From an uncultured Candidatus Saccharibacteria bacterium (lineage in GTDB: Bacteria > Patescibacteriota > Minisyncoccia > Phycocordibacterales > UBA2100), in NCBI GenBank assembly GCA_964471165.1, contig CAYYEX010000003.1:79499-143498 (forward strand): 64,000 bases of DNA. Direction: 5' to 3'. Both the position numbers and the translations under genes were made by a program. Under the pieces are notes generated by a model. The model was not told the DNA's origin, did not search any database, and was given only the letters and a program-made list of their open reading frames with translations. This document shows, piece by piece, positions 1 through 8,391 of this stretch (the stretch's first letter is position 1; the number at the start of each line of letters is the position of its first letter).

Positions 1-2
1 GA

Positions 3-233
3 GGCCTCTCGTTCCTCCCGCGGTTCGACCACGTATACCGACTCGCGCCATACGAAACGATTACGCGAAAACGCTTTGAGGAACTCACAGCCGCATTCCC
101 CGCTGTTGATTATTCGAAACTGCTCACATACGAACATACTGATGAAACTGAACAGAAGAAGGAGCTCGCCTGCGTTGGTGGTGTGTGCGATATCGACATG
201 GTGATACCATCCGACGCTCACATAAATGCCTAA
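3..233 (+). CDS. 3' end of an upstream gene, 5'-truncated by the window edge (ends ...ELACVGGVCDIDMVIPSDAHINA*)
   Basis: Frame-3 reading is open from the window start and ends at TAA 231-233, overlapping the next start. The translation looks protein-like. The family was not recognised. Confidence 0.35.
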   Translation, partial: GLSFLPRFDHVYRLAPYETITRKRFEELTAAFPAVDYSKLLTYEHTDETEQKKELACVGGVCDIDMVIPSDAHINA

Positions 234-234
234 T

Positions 235-789
235 ATGCTCTATACACGCAAAGGAGACACGGGAACGTCTGGACTTTACGGGACAAAGGAACGACTTCCG
301 AAAGATAGTCCGGTCTACGAAGCGCTCGGCACACTCGATGAGCTCAATTCATGGCTGGGCTACTGCAGAGCACACACGCTCGCACGAGATCAAACCGAGG
401 GGACGGTTGAGTGTGTTCTGTTTACGATACAGGAATGTCTTTTTATTGTGCAAGCCGAGGTGGCGGGTGCGGCGAAACGCATTTCTCAAGCGCACGTTGA
501 CGATCTCGAGCGCATTACAGCAGTGCTCGAAATGCGTATTGAAAATCCACACGCATTCGTAGTCCCCGGTTCCACTGAGCTATCCGGTATGCTCGACTAT
601 GCGCGCTCGGTCAGTCGTAGAGCAGAGCGAACCGTTGTAGCACTCGCGAGCGAGCGAGCGATTTCGCACACGACAAAAGCATATCTCAATCGCCTCTCAA
701 GCCTCCTCTACGCGACCGCTCGATACGTTGCCACCCGAGCAGAAATACAAGAAGTGGCGCCAACCTATACCGGCGCGGTATACAAGTAA
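235..789 (+). CDS. ATP:cob(I)alamin adenosyltransferase, PduO type
   Basis: The N-terminus reads MLYTRKGDTGTSGLYGTKERL, the hallmark PduO/MMAB motif (YTRxGDxGxTSL). Length of about 185 aa fits. An alternative ATG lies at 226. Confidence 0.85.
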   Translation: MLYTRKGDTGTSGLYGTKERLPKDSPVYEALGTLDELNSWLGYCRAHTLARDQTEGTVECVLFTIQECLFIVQAEVAGAAKRISQAHVDDLERITAVLEMRIENPHAFVVPGSTELSGMLDYARSVSRRAERTVVALASERAISHTTKAYLNRLSSLLYATARYVATRAEIQEVAPTYTGAVYK

Positions 790-792
790 TAT

Positions 793-1218
793 ATGAAAAC
801 AATTCGCTCACTGCAGATTTTTGGAGTTCTCGTGATTGTGTTTGGTCTTGTTATTTTCTATGCCGAACGGCCTGCGGGGCCCCTGGAAAATACTGTGCAG
901 GAGAACGTCACGACCGGCACGGCCACCGTGATGATTGAGGGCCTCTATCAAAACAAGTCGATTACGTTGTCCGGCCGCGAATCTCTCCTTGCTATATTGC
1001 GCTCACTCGATGCAACGGACCCGTCACTGCAGCTGGTAACGAAGGAGTACTCCGGGCTCGGTACACTCGTTGAAAGCATGCACGGCATTCGCAACGGAAC
1101 GGATAACAAGTACTGGCAATATACAGTGAACGGCATTATGCCGCAGGTGGGTGCGGACGCGTATATACCCGTACCAGGCGAGGTTATCGAGTGGCGCTTT
1201 TCGGAATCCAAACAATAA
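793..1218 (+). CDS. DUF4430-like (transcobalamin beta-domain-like) secreted or membrane-anchored protein
   Basis: N-terminal TM/signal segment. The C-terminal pattern ...NKYWQYTVNGIMPQVGADAYIPVPGEVIEWRF matches the DUF4430 consensus (yW.y.vNG..ga...l.dGD.I.W.y) as I remember it. Lies 3 nt downstream of the adenosyltransferase gene. Confidence 0.5.
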   Translation: MKTIRSLQIFGVLVIVFGLVIFYAERPAGPLENTVQENVTTGTATVMIEGLYQNKSITLSGRESLLAILRSLDATDPSLQLVTKEYSGLGTLVESMHGIRNGTDNKYWQYTVNGIMPQVGADAYIPVPGEVIEWRFSESKQ

Positions 1219-1220
1219 AT

Positions 1221-1757
1221 ATGATTGCACGAGTTGCTACAATTGTCGGACTAGTCTGCGTGGGCGTTGTCGGACGACTTGTGCCGCACCTGCCGAATGC
1301 TACACCTATCGCCGCAATCACCGTCACTGCGGGACGATACGTGGGGCCAACGGGGGCAATTGTTATCCCACTCGTCTCGATGTTGCTTTCGGATATCGTA
1401 ATCGGATTCTACGACTGGCGGATTCTCCTGTCTGTCTACTTCTCGATTGCATGCATGGGGCTGCTTAGTATTGTCACGCGACACTCACGCAGCGCCATAG
1501 CGACCAGCGTCGTTATTATGGGGTCTTCACTCCTGTTTTTTGTGATTACAAATGCGGCGGTTTGGGCGTTTTCCCCGTGGTTTGAAAAAAGCCTCTCCGG
1601 TCTCCTGTATTCGTACGAACTCGGTCTCCCCTTCCTTCGGAGCATGATGCTCGGCGATTTGGTGTACACGCCACTTCTGCTTGGAGCGGCCGAATGTATT
1701 GCGTTTCTTGCCGTTCTTGCGCGGCACCGCCAGATACGACCAGCATATACCACGTAG
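1221..1757 (+). CDS. small polytopic membrane protein, possibly an ECF-type substrate-capture (S) component
   Basis: About 178 aa with 5-6 hydrophobic helices. Starts 2 nt after the DUF4430-like gene. The longest ORF begins at 1191 but would overlap the upstream stop. Function is inferred from context only. Confidence 0.45.
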   Translation: MIARVATIVGLVCVGVVGRLVPHLPNATPIAAITVTAGRYVGPTGAIVIPLVSMLLSDIVIGFYDWRILLSVYFSIACMGLLSIVTRHSRSAIATSVVIMGSSLLFFVITNAAVWAFSPWFEKSLSGLLYSYELGLPFLRSMMLGDLVYTPLLLGAAECIAFLAVLARHRQIRPAYTT

Positions 1758-1813
1758 AAACACGAAATGTAAAAAGGCTGAAAAATATATAATATCTGCT
1801 AAACTACGCCGCA

Positions 1814-1835
1814 TTGCGGGATCGTCTAATGGTAG
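1814..1835 (+). repeat. 22-nt direct repeat (ttgcgggatcgtctaatggtag), a copy of the 5' end of tRNA-Gln. The second copy lies at 2130-2151 inside the tRNA gene.
   Basis: Exact 22/22 match seen in the sequence. The two copies flank the GIY-YIG ORF. The first copy is followed by two short hairpins (gtcgcc-tccac-ggcgac and ccgcc-tca-ggcgg). Confidence 0.8.
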
Positions 1836-1875
1836 TCGCCTCCACGGCGACCCGCCTCAGGCGGGGACGTAGATT

Positions 1876-2121
1876 ATGTATTACGCATACGTGCTGAAGA
1901 GTGAAAAGAATGGTCGACGCTACGTTGGCTCCACCGATGACTTGAAACGACGTTTGAAGGAACATAACTCGGGAGTCGGCGGAATGTACACGAAAAACAA
2001 TCGACCCTTCACACTGATTTACTACGAGGCATATATTTCGTATGATTTGGCTCGTAAAGCTGAAAGGTTTTATAAGTCAGGTATAGGCAGAGAGATATTG
2101 AAAGGAAAGACCGGTGAGTGA
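1876..2121 (+). CDS. GIY-YIG nuclease family protein (UPF0213/YhbQ-like, 81 aa)
   Basis: YYAYVLKSEKNGRRYVGSTDDLKRRLKEHN is a canonical GIY-YIG motif with conserved R and E. Confidence 0.75.
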   Translation: MYYAYVLKSEKNGRRYVGSTDDLKRRLKEHNSGVGGMYTKNNRPFTLIYYEAYISYDLARKAERFYKSGIGREILKGKTGE

Positions 2122-2130
2122 AGAAATTAT

Positions 2131-2201
2131 TGCGGGATCGTCTAATGGTAGGACTACTCCCTCTGGAGGAGTGTATCTTGGTTCGAGTCCAAGTCCCGCA
2201 G
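2131..2201 (+). tRNA. tRNA-Gln (anticodon CTG)
   Basis: Hand-folded cloverleaf. The acceptor stem tgcggga pairs with tcccgca. D-arm is gtct/ggac. The anticodon stem actcc/ggagt has loop ctCTGga. T-arm is cttgg-ttcgagt-ccaag. Discriminator is G. CCA is not encoded. Confidence 0.8.
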
Positions 2202-2249
2202 CACGAACGAAATGAGCCCAGCACATGAGTGAGTGCTGCGGGACTTGGA
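2187..2249 (+). other. 17-bp perfect inverted repeat (tccaagtcccgcagcac ... gtgctgcgggacttgga, 29-nt loop). It pairs the tRNA-Gln T-arm/3' acceptor strand with downstream sequence.
   Basis: Seen in the sequence. This pairing would compete with the tRNA fold. It could be a processing or attenuation structure. Confidence 0.6.
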
Positions 2250-2380
2250 GGAAAGGGGTCGGGAAAACATTTGTTTTCCCGTGGAGGAAGGCTTGGGAAA
2301 ACACCACAGGAGTGCTTCATGTTTCTAAGGCGGAGTACCGCTAAGAAACATTGGTCGCCTTGGGTTTCCCAGGTGTCCTT

Positions 2381-2395
2381 GTCCCGCAGCACGAA
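2381..2395 (+). repeat. second copy of the tRNA-Gln 3' end (gtcccgcagcacgaa); the first copy is at 2193-2207
   Basis: 15/15 direct repeat located 188 nt downstream of the tRNA. The intervening segment contains several hairpins, for example gggaaaac-attt-gttttccc. Confidence 0.7.
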
Positions 2396-2402
2396 TGAAA
2401 GA

Positions 2403-2425
2403 GCCGCCCTTGTAGGCGGCTTTTT
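2403..2425. terminator. rho-independent terminator hairpin gccgccc-ttgta-ggcggc followed by TTTTT. It is possibly bidirectional, also serving the minus-strand gene ending at 2441.
   Basis: GC stem plus T-tract on the plus strand. The reverse complement is followed by a T-rich stretch. Confidence 0.6.
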
Positions 2426-2440
2426 CAATCAATATGTGAA

Positions 2441-2986
2441 CTACTTGGCTCCTGGAATATCCTCATCGCTCGTTGGAATCTTTTTGAGGGTCTGTACTTG
2501 CTCTTCCTGGTAGGCGGCAATTTTCCACCCATCTTCCGTAGGGATAAGCAACGCCACAAACGGCACCGTGTCTGCGCTTTCCCCTACCGCCTCTTCGCTC
2601 GTCACAAGAATCACTTCACCTGTCATGAGGCGGCCTGCGCCTTGCGCCCTTGTGGTCGCTACACCAAGTCGTGCCGGCCATGGGCTCGATGTGAGTCGAC
2701 CCGGCGCGTGCTCGGGGTTCGCTTTCCAATCGCTGAGCAACTCAGCTGTTACATATGCACTGTAATTTTCTTCGATTGCCTTCGCTACAGCGGCTTTCTC
2801 GCCAATGAGCGACACGTTCTTGAGCTTACCCCCGAATGCTTCGAGTACCGCCTTGGCCCCTGTGTCCGCCCGAGATGCGCGTGCAGCAGGTCCGTAGTAC
2901 AGCCCCAGGAAGCTCGCGGCGATAATAGCGATAATAATGAGTGCAATGGAAATCCAGCGAGTGTTTTGAGTCATGCGGGCCATCAT
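2441..2986 (-). CDS. hypothetical N-terminally membrane-anchored protein (181 aa)
   Basis: The ORF has a single N-terminal hydrophobic helix (WISIALIIIAIIAASFLGLYY). No recognisable family. Confidence 0.5.
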   Translation of the reverse strand: MMARMTQNTRWISIALIIIAIIAASFLGLYYGPAARASRADTGAKAVLEAFGGKLKNVSLIGEKAAVAKAIEENYSAYVTAELLSDWKANPEHAPGRLTSSPWPARLGVATTRAQGAGRLMTGEVILVTSEEAVGESADTVPFVALLIPTEDGWKIAAYQEEQVQTLKKIPTSDEDIPGAK

Positions 2987-3029
2987 ATCCCGTTGACCGG
3001 CAAATTCAATCTTTTATTTCATCTATACT

Positions 3030-3962
3030 TCACTCCTCCTTCACGGGGCATGTTCTGCGATCGCGTCCGAGCGACACTTTCGATTCGTGTACGGCAAACA
3101 CACCCTGCTCGTTAAACGTTACCCGCACCGTGAGCCCTGTTGATACTGCCTCGTTCCAATACTGGTCGAATATAAAGTTCCCGAGCGAATAGTAGATATG
3201 TTTGCCCTTATAGATTTCAGACGCCTGGATGACGTGCGGATGTGCGCCTATCACGAGCTCCGCCCCCGCATCAATAAATTTGTGCGCCAGCGAGATTTCG
3301 CGCTCGGTAGCGGGTTTGTATTCGTCGCCCCAATGAGCGAACACCACGGGGATGCGTTTCTTCTCACGCGCATCGGTAATTTGATTGATAGCGAGCAGTG
3401 GTGTCGAGCCCTCGTCGAACTCGTTGTACCCAATGAGTGTCAGTGGCACGCCATTGCTTTCGACTTCGGAAACGGAATATCCACCCGGTTCTCCGAAATA
3501 ACCCACCTTTGCTGCCTCGAGCGCGCGCACTGTAGAGTCCACTCCTTCCTCTCCAAAGTTATAAATATGATTGTTTCCAAGCGAAACTACGCGCACATTC
3601 TGTCGGTGCAAAAGCGGCGCAACATACTCGGGAAATGTGAAAACAAAATTGTCGTGAGAGCCGACTGCGGAGCCAACACTTTTAGATGGATAGGGTGTAA
3701 TTGGCCCCTCAAGATTCCCCACTGTTAAATCAGCAGCTGCCAATTCTGTGCTTATGCACGAAAAAATGAAGTCGGAACCGTAGGATTGCATCGCTACACG
3801 AATTGAACGATCAAACATCATATCGCCTATGAAAAGCACTTCTGTTGTTGGCGCAGCTGCTCGTGCTGGGGCTGCGATATATGAAATCTCCTGAACGAGC
3901 ATGCCGTAGAAGCCTGCCAATATTCCGGCAGTAATCGTCACGAGCTCTTGGAAGCGCTCCAT
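3030..3962 (-). CDS. CapA-family metallophosphoesterase (poly-gamma-glutamate capsule biosynthesis CapA-like)
   Basis: Motifs LGNNHI, GAHPHV, YSLGNF and HWGDEY are typical of the CapA/PGA_cap family. N-terminal TM anchor. Confidence 0.8.
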   Translation of the reverse strand: MERFQELVTITAGILAGFYGMLVQEISYIAAPARAAAPTTEVLFIGDMMFDRSIRVAMQSYGSDFIFSCISTELAAADLTVGNLEGPITPYPSKSVGSAVGSHDNFVFTFPEYVAPLLHRQNVRVVSLGNNHIYNFGEEGVDSTVRALEAAKVGYFGEPGGYSVSEVESNGVPLTLIGYNEFDEGSTPLLAINQITDAREKKRIPVVFAHWGDEYKPATEREISLAHKFIDAGAELVIGAHPHVIQASEIYKGKHIYYSLGNFIFDQYWNEAVSTGLTVRVTFNEQGVFAVHESKVSLGRDRRTCPVKEE

Positions 3963-3980
3963 TGTGAGTAAGTATATCGC

Positions 3981-4694
3981 TTAGCGTTTCTCAATGTGCG
4001 CAATAATGGCCTGATGGTCGGATACTCCGTCTTGCAGACGAACAGCGGTCACTTCGTAGCCTCGCGTTGAAAACAGTCCGTCGACCACGTACGGCAACGG
4101 CCCGGCACGGTGAAGTAGCGGGTCGATGGTGGTCGTGTATTCAACCGGAATGTTGTCTGTATAGCGTGCAGCGATTCGAGAAAACACATCACCACCGCGG
4201 GGTGCATTAAAATCGCCGCACAGTACAAACTCCCCAGCAGCCGAGAGCACATCCAACATGGCGGGGAGGTCGCGTTGCTGTTCTGCGTTCGTGCCGCCGT
4301 TTGGTGCCCAAGTAAAATGAGTCGTGATAACACGGAATGTTATTCCATCATGCTCCACGTCGCACGAAAGTAACGCGAGGTGTTGAAGTCGAAGAGCTCG
4401 GGTTGTTCGTGCGTCGGTCTCATTTCCGAGATAGTAGTTCTTGGAGGTGGCTGAAATTGTGCGTGAAAAAATACCGACGCCAACTATTGATATATCATCG
4501 GTGTGTCCCGTTTCTTTCGGGTGCAGTCCAAACGGAGCAAACTCACAATTCATTACGAGAGCTTGCTTGAACTGTTCAATATCGTCTTCTTTGAGCTCCT
4601 GCAGACACACCGCGTCGGGGCGAACGCTCTGTAGAAACGGAATAACCCTATCAAGATGCTTCGAGCGCTCAATGTTGAGCGAAACGAGCTTCAT
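3981..4694 (-). CDS. endonuclease/exonuclease/phosphatase (EEP) family protein
   Basis: N-terminal LNIER...CLQEL and C-terminal GDFNAPRGG...SDHQAI are EEP catalytic motifs. Confidence 0.8.
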   Translation of the reverse strand: MKLVSLNIERSKHLDRVIPFLQSVRPDAVCLQELKEDDIEQFKQALVMNCEFAPFGLHPKETGHTDDISIVGVGIFSRTISATSKNYYLGNETDARTTRALRLQHLALLSCDVEHDGITFRVITTHFTWAPNGGTNAEQQRDLPAMLDVLSAAGEFVLCGDFNAPRGGDVFSRIAARYTDNIPVEYTTTIDPLLHRAGPLPYVVDGLFSTRGYEVTAVRLQDGVSDHQAIIAHIEKR

Positions 4695-4703
4695 ATTGTC
4701 ATG

Positions 4704-6371
4704 CTATTTTTCGCCACTCCTCTCGAGAGACGCCTTCAAAAAAGCAGTAAAGAGCGGGTGCGGTGAGAGCGGTCGAGCCTTCAGCTCAGGATGTGCCTGA
4801 GTACCGAGCATAAACGGATGCACACTCACTGGCAGTTCTGCAATCTCCATCAAATGACCATCAGGCGAACGTCCGGAGAATACAAGCCCTGCGCCCTCGA
4901 GCTGTTCAACATAGTCGGGATTCACTTCGTAGCGGTGGCGGTGGCGTTCTGAGATTGACGTTGCACCGTAGGCGTCTGCGGCAATTGTGCCCGCAACCAA
5001 ATCACATTCGTAGCCACCAAGACGCATCGAGCCGCCGTAGTCTTTGCGCGCCAACTTTTCAATTTGTTCGGGCAAGATAGCAATGATTGGATGCGGCGTG
5101 TCTTTGTTAATTTCCGTTGTGTTTGCGTCTTTGAGACCGACAACGTTCCGTGCATATTCAACGGTCATCAGCTGCATGCCGTAGCACAAACCGAAGTACG
5201 GCACCTTATTCTCGCGACAGAATTGAATGGCGTTAATTTTGCCCTCGATACCCGTTTCGCCAAATCCTCCAGGAACGATGATACCGTCATAGCCCGAGAG
5301 CTCAGAAACTTTTGCGGGGTCGGTCTGGTAGGTCTTGGCATTGAGCCAATCAATCTTTGCCTTTACACCTAAATGCGCCGCGGAGTATTTAATCGCTTCG
5401 ATAACAGAGAGGTATGCGTCGGAAAGAACGAAGTCCCCTGTATCAAAATACTTTCCAACAATGCCAATCTTCACAACCTTGGAGCCGTTGTGCATGCGCG
5501 CGGAGAGATTTTTCCACTCCGACAAGTCGGACTCTTGTTTCGCTTCTATATTCAGCTCTCGCAAAATAATGTCGGAGAGTCCATCGGCTTCAAAGTTGAG
5601 CGGCACGTCGTAAATAGAATCAACGTCTGGGGCCGAAATAATGTGTGCCGCTGGGACTGAGCACGAAATCGAAAGTTTTTCTTTGCGCTTCTGATCGAGT
5701 GGCATGTTTGCGCGCGCAATCAAAATATCGGGCTGCACACCATATGAGTTCAGTTGCCGAATCGCGTTCTGGGTCGGTTTGGTTTTCATCTCCCCGATTG
5801 TGCCTGGTACTGGCATGTAGGAGACCATTGCAAAAAGCACATCGCCGTAGTGGCGCAGGTGCATCACGCGGGCCGCGTCTATAAAGAGAGCATTTTGAAA
5901 GTCTCCGATGGTGCCCCCGATTTCAACAACTGTTACATCTGACTTTGCGAGCTCTGCCGCTTTTTCAAAGCGCTGAATGATTTCGTCGCGCACGTGCGGC
6001 ACGGCTTCGACGCATTTTCCGCCGTAACCCAAGTTGCGCTCGCGCTCGATGACATCTTTATAAATCATTCCGGAGGTCATGTAGTCTTCCGGGCCCAAGT
6101 CGCGTCCCAAGAATCGTTCGTAGTTACCCATGTCCTGGTCTGTTTCCAAGCCACTCTCAAGTACGAACACTTCCCCGTGCTCTGTTGGGTTCATGGTGCC
6201 CGCATCAACATTGAGATACGGATCTATTTTTACGAGATTGACGGAGAGCCCGCGGGCAGCGAGAATTTTTCCAATTGAAGCAGTAGTAATTCCCTTGCCG
6301 ACGCCGGACATTACTCCGCCCACGACGAAAATATACTTATGCCCTGCGTGCGCACGCTGCATGGGGTCCAC
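4704..6371 (-). CDS. pyrG: CTP synthase
   Basis: 555 aa. N-terminal KYIFVVGGVMSGVGKGITTASIG synthetase motif plus a C-terminal glutamine amidotransferase domain (GLCYGMQL, HPE). Confidence 0.95.
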   Translation of the reverse strand: MDPMQRAHAGHKYIFVVGGVMSGVGKGITTASIGKILAARGLSVNLVKIDPYLNVDAGTMNPTEHGEVFVLESGLETDQDMGNYERFLGRDLGPEDYMTSGMIYKDVIERERNLGYGGKCVEAVPHVRDEIIQRFEKAAELAKSDVTVVEIGGTIGDFQNALFIDAARVMHLRHYGDVLFAMVSYMPVPGTIGEMKTKPTQNAIRQLNSYGVQPDILIARANMPLDQKRKEKLSISCSVPAAHIISAPDVDSIYDVPLNFEADGLSDIILRELNIEAKQESDLSEWKNLSARMHNGSKVVKIGIVGKYFDTGDFVLSDAYLSVIEAIKYSAAHLGVKAKIDWLNAKTYQTDPAKVSELSGYDGIIVPGGFGETGIEGKINAIQFCRENKVPYFGLCYGMQLMTVEYARNVVGLKDANTTEINKDTPHPIIAILPEQIEKLARKDYGGSMRLGGYECDLVAGTIAADAYGATSISERHRHRYEVNPDYVEQLEGAGLVFSGRSPDGHLMEIAELPVSVHPFMLGTQAHPELKARPLSPHPLFTAFLKASLERSGEK

Positions 6372-6551
6372 TCTAACATACGAAGCGGCAGTACCTGCAG
6401 TTTAAGTCTGGGGGAAAGCCACAAATCGGAGACTGCCTGTACTGGATGCAGTTCGAGGCACGGGAAAGCGGCGCCTGAGCCGTACTGAGCAGTACGGTGA
6501 GGGCGACCGCAGGGTTCTCGTAAAGAAGAAATGCGCCAGTACAGGCAGTCG
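6372..6551 (-). promoter_or_regulatory. structured 180-nt pyrG leader / ftsX-pyrG intergenic region with nested inverted repeats
   Basis: A perfect 15-nt inverted repeat (gactgcctgtactgg at 6431-6445 and ccagtacaggcagtc at 6536-6550) brackets an 18-nt hairpin ccgtactg-ag-cagtacgg at 6480-6497. A further hairpin gcagtacctgcag lies at 6388-6400. Confidence 0.4.
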
Positions 6552-7481
6552 TTACATCTTCAAGTAGCGGCGGACTGCAAGGAAGCTGGACAGTGCTCCG
6601 ATTGCGGTCCCTGCGCCTAGCAGGCTCACAAACATGACCGGGAAGAACTCATTGTAGTACGTAAATACGTTAAAGGAGCCCAAGAAGCGCTCCGAGCCAG
6701 GCCCAAGCCAGAGCGTTACGGGATAGAGAATAGCTATCACAATTACGGTTGAAACGATGCCGTAGAGGATGCCGGTTATCATGAATGGTCCACGGACATA
6801 CCAGTGCCCTGCCCCAACGAGATTCATGACCCCTATCTCGTCTCGCGCGGTGTAGATTGCCAAGCGAATGGTGGTAAACGCGCTCAGGAACGACGAAATG
6901 GCAAGGATGATGGTGATTGCTATACCCATCTTTTGCGATGTCTGGATGATGTTGGTTAAGCGGTCGATTGCTGCCTTGTTCTGGAAAAAGTTCACTTTGT
7001 CGATAAATGTGGCTGAGCCAGTTTGACCCGCAGCCTGATCCTCAAGGTATTTTGCGATTGATTCGTATTGCGAAGTTTCCTTGGCGCGGATTTCGATTGA
7101 GGCCCCGAGCGGGTTGTCGCCAAGCTCCTCGAGTGCCTGGAGGGTAAGCTGGTCGTTCTTGTGTCGCTCCTTGAACTCATTGAGTGCATCTTCGCGGCTC
7201 ACGTATTTCACTGATGCGACCTCTGGAAGCGCCTTGAGGGAGTTCTGTACTGTAGAAATCTGGTCAAGTGATGCGCTCGGTGTAAAGTACACGGTCACGT
7301 CTACCTTGTTGGTGAGCTGCTGAAGCGTGGAATCGAGCGCAGCCAGCGAAATCATCAACACCGCAAAGATTGCCAGTGTGATGGTGAGGTTGAGTATCGC
7401 TGAAAGCGAAATGAATCCATTGCGAACAAATCCGGTTATGCCGTACCGGGTCACTCGTTTCATGCTGAGCCAAAGAGCCAT
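6552..7481 (-). CDS. ftsX: cell division permease FtsX
   Basis: 309 aa with the FtsX topology: an N-terminal TM, a large extracytoplasmic loop and three C-terminal TMs. Lies directly downstream of ftsE. Confidence 0.85.
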   Translation of the reverse strand: MALWLSMKRVTRYGITGFVRNGFISLSAILNLTITLAIFAVLMISLAALDSTLQQLTNKVDVTVYFTPSASLDQISTVQNSLKALPEVASVKYVSREDALNEFKERHKNDQLTLQALEELGDNPLGASIEIRAKETSQYESIAKYLEDQAAGQTGSATFIDKVNFFQNKAAIDRLTNIIQTSQKMGIAITIILAISSFLSAFTTIRLAIYTARDEIGVMNLVGAGHWYVRGPFMITGILYGIVSTVIVIAILYPVTLWLGPGSERFLGSFNVFTYYNEFFPVMFVSLLGAGTAIGALSSFLAVRRYLKM

Positions 7482-7489
7482 AAGAATTT

Positions 7490-7517
7490 AGGTTATAGGT
7501 TATAGGTTATAGGTGGT
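7490..7517. repeat. heptamer microsatellite (AGGTTAT) x3.5 immediately upstream of the ftsX start
   Basis: Reads aggttataggttataggttataggtggt in the sequence. Confidence 0.8.
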
Positions 7518-7578
7518 AGTACACGCATAGAATATTTTGAATCGGACTATTCCCTATCACCTATTCGCTGTAACCTCA

Positions 7579-8310
7579 TCATAATACGTATTTACCCTGC
7601 TTATCGTCTCGCACGACTCTTCCCTGATCCATCGTAACTACGCGGCGACCAACCGAGTCCACGATTGATTTATTGTGTGTAGTAAGCAGCACCGTAGTAC
7701 CAAGGTCGTTGATTTTTTTCAAAATCTCCACAACGTCGTGTGCATTGATTGGGTCGAGGTTGCCTGTTGGTTCATCAGCAATCAATACATCCGGCTGATT
7801 GACGATTGCACGTGCAATCGCGATACGCTGCTGTTCTCCACCAGAGAGCTCGTGCGGGAAGTTCCAGATTTTGTCTGCAAGTCCTACGAGGTCGAGCACG
7901 TGTGGAACGTCGGCCTGAATGTCTTCGTCGGACTTTCCTGCAACCTCAAGTGCGAATGCAATATTTTCGTATACGTTTTTTGTCGGCAACAAACGAAAAT
8001 CCTGGAAAATGGTGCCTATGTTGCGACGCATGCGTAGGAGTTCTTTATCGGAGAGTTCGGTAATCGGTTTGGAGCCAAAATAAACTGCGCCCTCGGTCGG
8101 AAACACTTCTGCAAAGAGCATTTTGAGTAGCGTCGTCTTCCCGGCCCCTGAATGACCCACAATAGATACAAACTCCCCCGGTTCAATACCGAGCGTAACG
8201 TCTGCGACCGCCGGGGCGACGCCCGTAGCGTATATTTTGGTCACTTTGTCGAAATAGATCATGGGAAATTGCATTACCGTAATGCGCACTCGCGCGGCCG
8301 TCTCGGACAA
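7579..8310 (-). CDS. ftsE: cell division ATP-binding protein FtsE
   Basis: Walker A GHSGAGKTT, ABC signature LSGGEQQR and Walker B LIADEPT. The true start may be the internal ATG at 8262 (MIYFDKVTKIY). Confidence 0.85.
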   Translation of the reverse strand: MSETAARVRITVMQFPMIYFDKVTKIYATGVAPAVADVTLGIEPGEFVSIVGHSGAGKTTLLKMLFAEVFPTEGAVYFGSKPITELSDKELLRMRRNIGTIFQDFRLLPTKNVYENIAFALEVAGKSDEDIQADVPHVLDLVGLADKIWNFPHELSGGEQQRIAIARAIVNQPDVLIADEPTGNLDPINAHDVVEILKKINDLGTTVLLTTHNKSIVDSVGRRVVTMDQGRVVRDDKQGKYVL

Positions 8311-8391
8311 TCCAGAGAAACCGAAGAAACTGTCGAATCATTATACCTGAGCCACGAGGCTCTCCAAACCGCGGCTTAACACAGCCGAGCA

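Noticed and set aside
185-562. 125-aa ORF overlapping the adenosyltransferase gene in another frame
   Set aside because: It is out of frame with the strongly supported PduO-type CDS, and its translation is Arg/His-rich and not protein-like.
1811-2210. Group I intron or split/permuted tRNA-Gln
   Set aside because: The tRNA at 2131-2201 folds into a complete uninterrupted cloverleaf. The upstream piece is only a 22-nt duplicate of the 5' end, not a complementary half.
2229-2513. 94-aa plus-strand ORF covering the structured region downstream of tRNA-Gln
   Set aside because: The region is dominated by hairpins and the duplicated tRNA 3' end and terminator. A coding call is not supported.
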